From Intoshia linei (Eukaryota > Animalia > Orthonectida), in the NCBI GenBank assembly GCA_001642005.1, contig LWCA01000023.1:15069-79068 (forward strand): a stretch of DNA of 64,000 bases, written 5' to 3'. The translations under genes were made by a program, and so were the position numbers. How positions within the stretch are numbered: the first letter of the stretch is position 1; every line of letters starts with the position of its first letter. Below the pieces are notes generated by a model. It worked only from the letters and a program-made list of their open reading frames with translations, made no database searches and was not told the origin of the DNA. Positions 25,655 through 37,100 of this stretch are shown piece after piece.

Positions 25655-28600
25655 ATGAACCAACTCAGAACGCAGGTTTGATTCATTTCATTTTAATTGG
25701 TATATAAATTAATTTAGCAATGGGCTACATTTACCAGAGTTTGGTATGAATTTGATGCTTATCATCAGTGTCCTTTTTTATCTGCTAAACTCATTACTAA
25801 ATTTTTGGAAGGACGACACAAACCTATTTATCATCGATATGGTTTTCTTTTTGTTTGTTTAAATATCTTGTATTTTAGCTGATGTTGGCGATCATGTTGT
25901 AATTAAAAATAGTAAACATATTTCTATGCGAAGCGAATTATGGAGGGTTTTTAGATATGAACATTTTCCAAGGTAAAATAAGATTTTTTCAAATTATGAC
26001 CCTTGGAGAGGTCACTAAGTGATATACGACATCATATACATGTATTGTCATGAATTTTTTTTTAATGTCTACTGTTCATTTTTGGGTGGTTTCAAGCTGG
26101 TTGGTACGGCTTTGGCTAGATTTATTGAATATTTTTTTAGTTTAATGTTATAATTTGCTAAATGTTGGACCACAAAAATGTTATTTTCGTATTATACTAT
26201 AAAATATAAATTTATGAGATTGCATTCTTGAAAAATTAGTAGAATTTATAAATTTTTTGAGATTTTTAAAATTATCATTTTATAATCAAAATTTTTTTGG
26301 ATAATCGGAAACTGACTCACAAACAAACCACTTATTTTATGAATTTTAATGTTATTTTATTATTAATTATAATTTGGAAAATTATATATCGGAAATTATC
26401 ATTTAGTATAAATAATTTTTTTTTAATTTAAATTTACAATTTTTTAATATTGTTTGGTTTATGGTATTATAAAACTTGCTCTATTTGACAAATAAATGAA
26501 ATTCTATATGATTCCTGACTAATGTAACAATTTAGATATGCTAAACTAAAAAAATTTACGAGAACGGCTTGGGTTACGCATAAACTGGATCCAACTGAGG
26601 TAATATGCAAGTATATATGTCAGGGTGGTCAAACATATGATGAGTGAGGACCAACAAATCAATTTTGCAAATTTCGCGGGACGCAACATTAAAAAATAAA
26701 ATGTAGTCCAAAGGCAAGTGTAAGTCAAAATAGTACAAAAGGTCCAAAAATTAGAATTATTATGGTAAAGTACAAAAGTAAGTAGTTGAGAGTAATTAGT
26801 ACAGAAAGATAAATTTATTTTTCAAAAATTTAAATTAATTCTAGATAGTGTAATTATAATGTTTTTCAAAATATATTACTGAACAATTTCGCGGGCCGCA
26901 CAATTTGATCTGGCGGACTACGCTGTGGACCAGCCTGATATATGTTATACTTTTTTTATTGATGCCTATCCATACTTTTTTTATAAAAAAATCTAAACAA
27001 GTTTAAATCAAAATTCTTTGGGAAGTTATCTTTATTTTGTAAATATTTACGAGTATTTTAGGGTAGGCTCCAGACAAATAAAACAATTTTTAAGGGTTAA
27101 ATAGCGTAAAAAATGTTGAGAATTCCTGTTCTATTCCACTTGACAGAATTATTGAACTAAGAATCATTATTTAGAATCAAAGAAATGAAAAGTTGAATTA
27201 TTATTTACGATAATTTTAATAACATAATAGTAATGCGATCATAGCCGAACCAACTATGTTCGCCCTTAGAAATGATAAATGGGCCCTAACCACTTCTACA
27301 TAGGCTTGGATTTAAATATACAGTCGATTCTGTTCTATATGAACATGAACAGACCAGGATTTGATCTTGTTCATACTATACTGTAATATGAACGTATATG
27401 AATGGCGATAATAATATAATTAAAAGTTTCAAAATATCCAATCAATGTTTTTTCAAACAAAATTATCGTGTTCATATATAACAGAATTGACTGTATTTTA
27501 AGTTTGCATTTGATACAAAAAGTAGTCATGATGTTCAAAAATATAATTTTTTTAATTCTCAATTTGGAAGAATGATATCCTATTTTACAAATATTTCGTA
27601 TATGCCCTAGACGAGGGTTCATATACGTTGGTTTCCGTTTTAAATACGTTGCTGAGGTTAATCTTTCTGTAATTTATAATAATTATTCAAGTTTTCTCAA
27701 TTTACGTGTTATTAAATGATAATTATATGTAAATAACTGAATTCATTAGTAATACGTACAAAATATATGTACTTCAGGAGAATCAAATTATAGTTAGTTA
27801 TTGGAAGAATAATTTTCTACCCCTTCTTCAAAATTGATGATTTATATCAGGCATTCTCAACCCTATTTCGCTGTGGACCCCTAAGATGATATTACAAAAA
27901 ACCTTGGATTCCCAAAAAAATTAATAATAATGACAATTTTTAATGAATCATTACATTTGGGTGAAACGAATGATGGTCAAAAGACATGGAGTACTCTATT
28001 TTTGCGAGGTGATAAACTTGATGAATTATTAATATTAACCTTTAATCCGTCAATGTTCCCAAAATGGAACATGGTATTGTTTACAGTACATTATTAATTG
28101 TTTACTACATATTTTATCAGATCTTTATTAAGTCTGTATTATCTATGTTCCCTGTGAAGAATTAATATTTTATATCCCTTGGTTGATGTTTCATAGAATC
28201 ATGAATATTGACTGATTTTTTGTCCCATTTTCAGTTTGAAATTTAAAGCTTCTTTTATGACTAGAAACTTGGCTCGGTCATAAATTTTAATAAAATAATT
28301 AAATAAAAACGCTGCTCCTAAAATAGAAGAATGGAGGTTTCCCAATAAGTTTTTACACTCGTAAGTAATTTAATTTAATACCAAAGAATTTACTTTTACA
28401 TGATTTTCACGTTTTATATTAGTATTTCTGAGCCTTTATGTTTTAAAAACGACTTTATGTTACTGAAAATGTCTATAATATGTAATAAATGTATATAATT
28501 TTAATGGAGTCCCAAAAAAGTGCTGTGGACCCCAAGGGGTCTACATATACCCCGTTGAGAATGGCTGATTTATATGACTGACTTGATCTTACCTGATCGT

Positions 28601-29087
28601 TGGGTGACATGTATGTCATCGGAAAACCTTGGTATAGAAAACCCAGTCAACTGTTATACTGTTAATGGCATATACATTATTAGATTTTAGGTAATCAGAA
28701 AAGCAATTTATTCGAGAATGTTCAATCACCTTATTAGGAAAACAGATATGGAAAGATTGCACATTTTTCCCGAGGTACATTTTTTGATATAACGTATTGC
28801 ACAATGTACATATTTATTATTGGATGTATTCAACTTAGGCAATACCTGATAATATACAAAAGCGTATAGATTATAAATTACCTAAGGTTATGAATATTGA
28901 AAAAAGTTTGGATCAATATTCGCAAGATGAAATTGACAAATTTCCTCGTTTATTTAAAAGGTACTTACACTACATACACTCTAACCTTTTAAATTTAAAT
29001 TTTAGTCCTAAATATTACGTTATGGACCCAAGTGAACGCTGTGAAGATAATGCCAAAGATGTTAGCTTTGAATTTATAGAAAAGTAG
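25655..29087 (+). CDS. MRPL13: Mitochondrial ribosomal protein uL13m
   Basis: QQWATFTRVWY, LEGRHKPIYH, DVGDHVVI, HKLDPTEVIRKAIY, MERLHIFPE, YSQDEIDKFPRL. Confidence 0.92.
26621..26937. mobile_element. hAT MITE in MRPL13 intron
   Basis: cagggtggtca / ggaccagcctg termini; perfect TSD atatatgt. Confidence 0.85.
27848..28567. mobile_element. hAT MITE in MRPL13 intron
   Basis: caggcattctcaac / gttgagaatggctg termini; perfect TSD atttatat. Confidence 0.88.
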
Positions 29088-29554
29088 ATACATTCGTTTC
29101 CAAATTTAAAATTAATTTATACATTTCCGATCACTGTACAAATACATTAAATACCATTAATCATATTTACTTATAATTTTTTTATTCATGGTTATTAGTA
29201 GGACAATATTGTATTTACGTGTCAAGAACCACTTCAAAATAAAAGTAAACGATAATGATCTAATTTTACCTGAAAATTAGTCTTTTTCTCCATGCGCTAC
29301 CCCAGACTTTTGAAGTATGTCTATGCAATGAATTAATTCAAAGTCATTCATAATTATCAAAACCTTGAAATATTTTGGCCTTCGTTTACTATTTGAACAA
29401 TTTTTATTTTTTAGTGTCCCCTACACCTAAAAAGAGTATACAAATTTCAAAATAATGGAATGGTAAAATTTTAATTTGATACAAATGTACAAATAAATCA
29501 AGGTTTAAAATCAAATGGCCAAGCCGATTGCCTTTCATCGGCTATATTTAATTC

Positions 29555-30361
29555 ATGTGTATAAAAATATAATGAAATTACTATTAAACATTTTTTTCAT
29601 GACGTAGGCATCTTCTCCATCAGCATAATATTTGGGTTCCGTTTTAATTATCCTATATAATTAACAAATTACATAAAGTTTAAGTGTTCCTAACAGTGCA
29701 TATACGGGAACAAATATATATCTTTATAAAACGTCAATATAAATATAGTTAAAATTTCAAAATTTAGTCATTAAAATGTTTGAGGACTCACTCAGTAATC
29801 AAGTTAAAAAAATATAAAATCATTTAATGTAAAATTACTTGAATTTAAAATTATCTTTATACATGTGTAAAGCTGCTCTATTCGAAACTCTAACATGTAA
29901 AGATACTTCTTTTGCGCCGCGAATGTTGGTCATTGTGTTTATAGTCAAGTCCATCAATTTTTTCGCTATACCCATTCTCCTATGAGTCCTTTTGCACGCC
30001 TATAATCAAAATTAACCGAAATAAATGAGAAATTACCACTGAAGTAATATGCCCTGTGGGAGGATCATCTTCCCTAAATAAAACTATTAAACATAATTAT
30101 TGTATTACAATTTAGCCAAAACATATCCTACAATTGACCCATCATCATCTTCAGCCACAAATGTCAACTAAATTTATAAAAAAACTGAAACCGAAAAAAA
30201 TACAGATGGACACATTAAATAATGATAAAAATAGTATCGCAATTGATAATTTTCTGGTAAGCTTTCCAAGTTGCATTCCTGAATCTTAATCAAATCTTGT
30301 GGCTAAATAGTCAATAATTTTCATTTTTTGAAAAAAATACTTTTGCACGTCTGATATTCAT
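29555..30361 (-). CDS. NAA10: N-alpha-acetyltransferase 10 (ARD1); 3' end uncertain
   Basis: MNIRRAK, CNLESLPENYQLRYYFYH, IVGYVLAKL, GHITSVACKRTHRRMGIAKKLM, VSLHVRVSNRAALHMY, EPKLYADGEDAYVMKK. Confidence 0.92.
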
Positions 30362-30397
30362 CAATAAAGTTACTTTTAATTATTTGAAAAAATATAA

Positions 30398-30966
30398 ATG
30401 GATTTTAGTATTATTGTTACGAAAATATTTTCATCTTGGTCAACTTTACAAGTATAAACTAATTTTTTAATTTGGAAATGTTTAATAGTTTCTAAAGAAA
30501 AATAGCGAACATCCACATGTAAACGAAATTTGCGAATGGTTAATTTCTGTCGTTGTGGATTGGTTCAAGATGAATGGTTTCCTATTTTTTTTAATTTACT
30601 ATTTCTATTTAGATGACATACAAAATTATGAATTGTCCAGTTTTATACAAGAAATACTGGATAATGAATTAAATGTTTATATTGATGACGGATCATTAAA
30701 CCTAGTTGTTTTTGATTCTGCATAGTTTAATTTTCGTCTTAGATATCATCTACCTTATGCGAATGTTATAGAAATCTATCAAATCAAAAATTAGAACCCA
30801 TAACCGTTTTATTGGAAAAACTCGATATAACCAAAACTTCATATACCATAACACCTTTCGAGGTTCATTGAATTTAATGTATTTAAATATCTTTTAGACA
30901 ACCAAAATTAACTCTACGAAACCTGAAAAACAAATTGACGAAGACGGATGGATCTTAAATTCATAA
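30398..30966 (+). CDS. TSR2: Pre-rRNA-processing protein TSR2
   Basis: FSSWSTLQ, EWL..VVDWF, ELSSFIQEILDNELNVYIDDGSL, C-terminal IDEDGW. Confidence 0.85.
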
Positions 30967-30984
30967 AATGTATAATTTTTTTAA

Positions 30985-33495
30985 TTAAAAAAAGTCATTT
31001 CTTCGAAATCCTCCATCTGGATCACCGAATGGCCTTCTTAAGGGCATTTCATCGTCTGGATTATCAAATGGATCAAGTGGTCTCCTATTTCTGGGGTAAG
31101 TGTTGTCTTCTGGGTCAAATGGTAAATATGGATCGAAACGAGGCCTTGGGTGTGGTCCCATATGCGATTGATGGTATCCAGCTAAATGAAAATTTATTTA
31201 GAATTTATAAATAAGTGATTTATGAACAAAAAATTACGAAATATAGGCATGTAGTCATAATCACCTCCAACAATACCTGGTGGTCTAATTATGCGTTGGG
31301 GTCCATGGGTATGCCGTTCTCTTTCAACTGGAGCACTAGCAAGATGAAATGGTCGCTCAGTAAACCTTGTACTATTTTCTAAATTTAAAAATCAATAACA
31401 TTTCAAAATTATGCAACTATTCTGTAGATCTTTATAGTGGCATTTTACAGAATTTTCTTTTACCAGTTTTAATAAATGATGAGAAGTCTTAACAAAGTTT
31501 TTTAACAGAATCAAATCCATGTTCAATGCTATTTTAATCTAAAATAAATAATTTATCAATGAGTTTATTAGATTATTCTTTTTTGTTAAATTAATTACAA
31601 ATATATAAAAACAAGTTCACAGTATACTCAGCTTGTCTCGTGTTTGAATTAAACTGCCCCCTCTGAAGCAAAAAAATTTTATAAATAAAGTAGCAAATAT
31701 CGTCACCATTACTTAAAACATAATAAACTATCATTTAGAACAGTGCCCACCAAAGTACGATCCGCAGGCCTAATCCGACCCGCGAATTACAAATCCTTAC
31801 TTATATAATATGCTACGCAATATTTGTTTGTGTGTTCCACTTTATTTCAATAACTACTAGTCTTAGAATTTTATAAAGTCCACATTTCAATTGGAGTTTT
31901 TACCGGGTGATCATAAGATAAATTTCAGCCTCCCAAATTCACATCTTACGGGTCAAAAACCCCAATTGTCCTTTTTTTTGAAAATCAAACGAGTTGGAGA
32001 ATTTAAAAAGATATACGCTGATACGGATTTTAAAATCATAAACATCATCATAAATTTTAAAAAATTATATCTTCAGGGCCAAAACCACAAATTACTCTTT
32101 TTTTATAAAAACAGCCCTACAATTTAAAAAAATTTACAGGTGGTACAGTTGTATCCTGTTAACACACATAAAAAATTATAATCTGAATAAGTACGACTTC
32201 ACGGTCCAAAAAGTATTTTAGTATTCATATTTTATTAAAACAAAAAATGTGAAATAATTAACGGTCCGAAAATTTAAAAAAAAGATTATTTTGATAGAGC
32301 TTATTTCAGTTGATATAAATACAAAATTTTAACTCCATAAATTTTAATTATTTTGATTTTTAAACGTCTTTTAAAATATCAAAAAAACAAAATATAAATA
32401 CATGTGATTAATATTGGTTTTTCCATTTTTAAAAATTAAGTAACTGCAACAGCTTCAGATTACAAATCATAAAGTTTTTGACACGAATACTTAATACCGG
32501 GAAAAAAATAATGTTAACCTTTAATGAAGTGCCGTGGGTATTTTTACCTTATTTATAAATAAATTAAAAACACCCTGCGCAACTTGATTAAAAGAAAAGA
32601 AATAAAGTAGTCAATGAGAAAATTAGTGAATTCGGTATTTATTGGTAATTTTTTTTTAATATTACCAATATAGGCATAGGTAGATCATTTATTGTTATCC
32701 TGTTACAATTTGGTAAATCTAAATTTAAATGTTAAAAAAATAAATTATATAACAATGATTGATGATACCCTTTCCTAATATATCAGTCTTACAACAAAAA
32801 AGGTTTATTTTTTAAGATTTTTCAAAATAAATATGTTTTAAATTGTCCTGCACTAGACGTCTGTTCCCACCTCTTACCTTTAACACTTTAGGGGTTGCAT
32901 TAAATTTTTAAATTTCTCGCGCAGTTTGCCACCCAGTTTGGCCACACTTCACTTTAAGATATACTTAAATAAAGAAAAAGGAAGTTGAGTACATCAATAT
33001 AGAGAAAATGTCTAGTAAATTATAAAATTACTTGTAGAAGACCATTCCATCAAAGGCAGTAAAAAAGAATTATTTAAAAGACTCATCAGTTTAGATTTAT
33101 CTAAAATGTTTAAATCTATTTTACAAATTAGAGAAATACATAGAAAAAATACCTCGAAAATACTCGCGCGCATCGATATGAATACCTACTAAATTATCGT
33201 AACAGGTATTAAGATTTGAGACATCGACAATTAGTGAGTATCTTGATTCGGAAATATTTATCAAAATGAAATTAAATGTTGTATGGGAATAAGTGTTGTG
33301 ATGAAAATTACCACAGATACTTTTTTGGTTTGGTAAATGTAGTTTTAAATTCTTTACATTTGTCATAAATCCATTGTTTTTCAAAAAACAAATTACAATC
33401 GTATACAATAATTCAATTTCATTTATTGGTTTAAGTTCAGAACGTAATTTTTCAAATCCACTGAAATATGTCGATAGCGAACCTTTACTCTCCAT
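30985..33495 (-). CDS. FBXO7: FBXO7/nutcracker-like F-box protein (FP domain, F-box, proline-rich tail)
   Basis: ELLYTIVICFLKNNGF (FP domain); INDLPMPILIKIALNMDLILLKNFVKTS (F-box); RPPGIVGGDYD and PRPRFDP tail motifs. Confidence 0.75.
31794..32345 (+). mobile_element. Helitron-like (Lep1-type) non-autonomous repeat; other copies at ~8525-8619, 10610-10845, 22060-22420, 35815-36500, 44890-45130, 53300-54001, 57690-57950
   Basis: Begins a|TCCTTACTTATATAAT followed by a (tgtt/tg)n tract; shared blocks tagaattttataaagtccacatttc and gcttatttcagttgatataaatacaaaattt; no TIRs. Helitron assignment is inferred. Confidence 0.6.
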
Positions 33496-34048
33496 ATTTC
33501 TTTTCAATTTCCATGTTTTTTGTTGTGATGATAACAATTTTCATTTTAAATTTGAAATAATTTAATTTAATTTTATGCGTTAAAATTTGATGCTGAATTT
33601 AGGACCTAAATTTTAGGCGGATATTAAAATGGAATATTGATATATCTTTATATTAAATCTAAACATTTTTTTAATTGTTCTTGAAAATTGTTACCGCTTT
33701 TATCACACAAGTCACTTATAATGAAAATTAATGTAATATAAACATCGACCATGTTAACAAGTATTATGTTCTAATCGTTAGAATCTAATGGTAGTCATTT
33801 GGTATGTCTAATGAAATTCCTATAGACTCCAGATTCTAGAAAAAATATGTAATTTTTTTTCATTACTCCCATTTAAGAATAAAACTGAATTTAGGCTTTG
33901 AATAGCTAATATTGGACTAACTTATTATTTTCAGTAGGCATGTATTTATTTACATTTCTAAAAATAGTCAAAATTTGAATAAAAATAATAAAATTGTTGG
34001 TAAATTGCTATGCTAATAAAGTTAACATATTCTTCGTGACTGACAACA

Positions 34049-34140
34049 TGACGTGTACACTACTTTATATTTCATTGGCCAAAGCTTGTAGTTAGTCAAA
34101 GAAAAACAAATTCAAAACTCTATAAAATTAAGACACGTGT
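34049..34140 (+). promoter_or_regulatory. Candidate UPR elements upstream of GRP94 (TGACGTG, ATTGG, CACGTG)
   Basis: tgacgtg at 34049, attgg at 34074, gacacgtgt at 34132, all within 140 bp of the HSP90B1 ATG. Confidence 0.35.
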
Positions 34141-34187
34141 ATTTTGAAAAATTGTATACAAAATCACTTCACTACAATTTTTTCGAA

Positions 34188-37100
34188 ATGATTTTCAAAT
34201 TTTTACAGATAATATTTTATCTTTCAGGTACATTTAATATGTGATATTCTTACTATTTTTTATATTTTAGTTGTTTATTGTGAAATTGTGAATGAGAGTC
34301 CAAAACCTGCGTAATCTTAATTTCTATTTATAATTCATTAATCACATTTTACTGTACATTGTCTTAATATTAATATTTTAGAGATCCACAGCAAAAACCC
34401 ATTGATTCTTTAACACAGGATAATTTGAATATAAAGAGAGATGACTCTGAATCAAAAAATTTTCAATCAGATGTAAAGAGAATGATGTAATTTATTTTGA
34501 TTATGGTTGGGAGCGCTTACTGTATATTTCATACAGATGTTTTTTTAAAAGAATAAAGATTTTCTATGATAATTATTGGAGAGTGGATAGCTTTTCATAA
34601 TCACGCCCTATTGAAAATACAATTTTTTGATGAACTTTAAAATTCTTCATTTTTTTGTGCATAGATAATTTTGTTATGATTATGCAAATCTTTAAAATTT
34701 TACAAGTGTAAAATTCTAAATAAAACTATATTATTTTATTAGGAATTTGATAATTCAGTCATTGTATAAAAACAAGGAGGTACATTTTTAAAAAAAAGTG
34801 TACATTTATTTGTAGATTGTAATTCGAGAACTAATTTCAAATGCATCTGATGCACTCGATAAAATTAGATATTTGGCAATTACCGATCCTACTGTAATGG
34901 ATGGGGAAGATAAAATGGAAATCAGAATTCAAGTAATTAAATCAATTACTAAATTAACAATTTGTTAGGTAGATAAATACAACAGAATTTTCCAAATTAC
35001 AGACACTGGAATTGGAATGACAGAGTAATATTTTTGTTTTTTTATTTTATTTACTTTTAGACAAGAACTCAACGACAACCTTGGAACTATTGCAAAATCT
35101 GGAACTACCGATTTTATTGCTGATGCTGAAAAAGCTAAGAGCGATACGGATTTGAATAGTTTAATTGGTCAATTTGGTGTTGGTTTTTACTCGGCATATT
35201 TGGGTATGATTCATTTTAGTTATCATTAGAGTTTGTATAATTCAGCCATTTAAAAACTTTTTTGATTCTATTAAAAATTTCATGGATTTGGATTTATTTG
35301 AACAATTTTTTCAAAACTTGCATAACGATTCAATTTTAGTAAAACTTATAATTTTCCCAGATGATTTGTTGAGAGCTGGCTAAATTCAGGCAGTGATGAG
35401 TACGGTTTTTTATCGGTCGCTTGGATTTTACACCATTCTTTCTCAAAATTTGTGCTAGGCCCCACTTTCACTCTTAAAAAATATCAGGCCCACTTCAAAA
35501 ACATCCTAACGGTTTTTTCGGTTGATATAACAGTTCAATCAAAAAGAATGTTTATTTATTTACAATTGTTAGTACAATTTAATACTAATTAGAAAATTCT
35601 AATAATTTTTTAATAAATTACAAATCTCAAGTTTTTATTTTTGAAAGTCGAGCTAATTATATTATTATATACTAATTATACAGTCAAACCTCTCAATACC
35701 TTAAATTACTTATAAAATATAATATAAATTATAAAATTTAATGTCAGTGTTTGTTAAGGTTTACTAATTACAATTAAGTCCTATAATTAAAAAAAATACC
35801 AATTTCTAATACAGTTTTTTTAAACATTTGAAAAATATTGGTTGATAATATATTAAAAATTATTTTTCACCGGAAATGCGTAGATTTCTCGGGTTGTAAT
35901 TTTGTATTTATATCAACTGAAATAAGCTGTATCAGAAAAATTTTTTTTTTAATTGTACAGCCGTTAATTATTTTAAATTTTTTATTTTTATAAAATAGTT
36001 TTGAATTAAAAAAAATGAATATTATAGTGTTTTTGTCTTTTTGACCATGAAGTTTATCAGATTGAAATTTTATTTTGCGTGTGAACTGGATATAACTGTA
36101 TCATCAGTAATTTTTTAAAATTCTAAGGATGTTTTTATTTAAAAAAAAGGGTAATCTGGGTTTTTGACCGTGAAAATTACCTTTTTTGAGGTTACCATTT
36201 ATGATAATTCTTATGAATTTAAAAACTATCCTAGAATTTATGTTGTATAAAATTCTAGGACTTTCTTAATTTTTACAAAAAAGGGCAATTTGGCGTTTTG
36301 GCCGTGAAGATATAAGATTTTGAAATTTAAAATAATCATAATATTGATGAATTTAAAATTTTTTATTAAAATGCGTATTTTTTATAATTATAGGACTGGT
36401 TAGAATTTAAAAACACAGGACAATATGGGTTTTTAAATATGAAGGACTTAATTTCTGAAATTGAAATTTGCGATAAAACATCATTCTGGTAAAACTGTTA
36501 ATAGTTCATGTAATTAAGGATTTCAAAAAAGTTGATGAAAAGTTAAAAAAATTAAGAGAAACACAAACGTTGACACGGATCATAATGTGACTAATATATA
36601 CAAAATGGTATCTGTCCTCTAGTTAAAATGAAGTGGATCCCCCAAAAAATGTATTGTCGACTCTTCTGGTCATTTAAAAATATTTTCTTATAGGCTCCAT
36701 TATTTTCTTAGAAATAGGAACGGGTAGAAAAAATATAAAAATCCATACATTGTAGGCTGGTTCTAGTGTATGTTACAGTAAATAAATTTACACCTTAAAT
36801 TTACAATTTTATTAAAAATTAGATTAAAAATTTTTCAGAAAGTCTGAAACAAAAAAGATGAGATATGACTGAATTAGACGACGAGACTACCATTTTTATT
36901 TTTCATATAGACTATTTTTACTTTAAATGAATTGACTCTTACTTTCATTTTATTTGGTAAAAGTTTTAGAGGACACTATCGTAAGTCTCCGTAGATGTTA
37001 AAGGCTGCACTGTAAAATTTTCATAAATAATGGGACGTTAAAAAGGTGGTGTCTTGATTAATGTTGATATTTTAATTAATTTTAATAATTAGTGGCCGAT

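Noticed and set aside
30985-31380. PSMF1/PI31 call for the proline-rich RFDP gene
   Set aside because: The F-box and PGIVGGDYD motif indicate FBXO7
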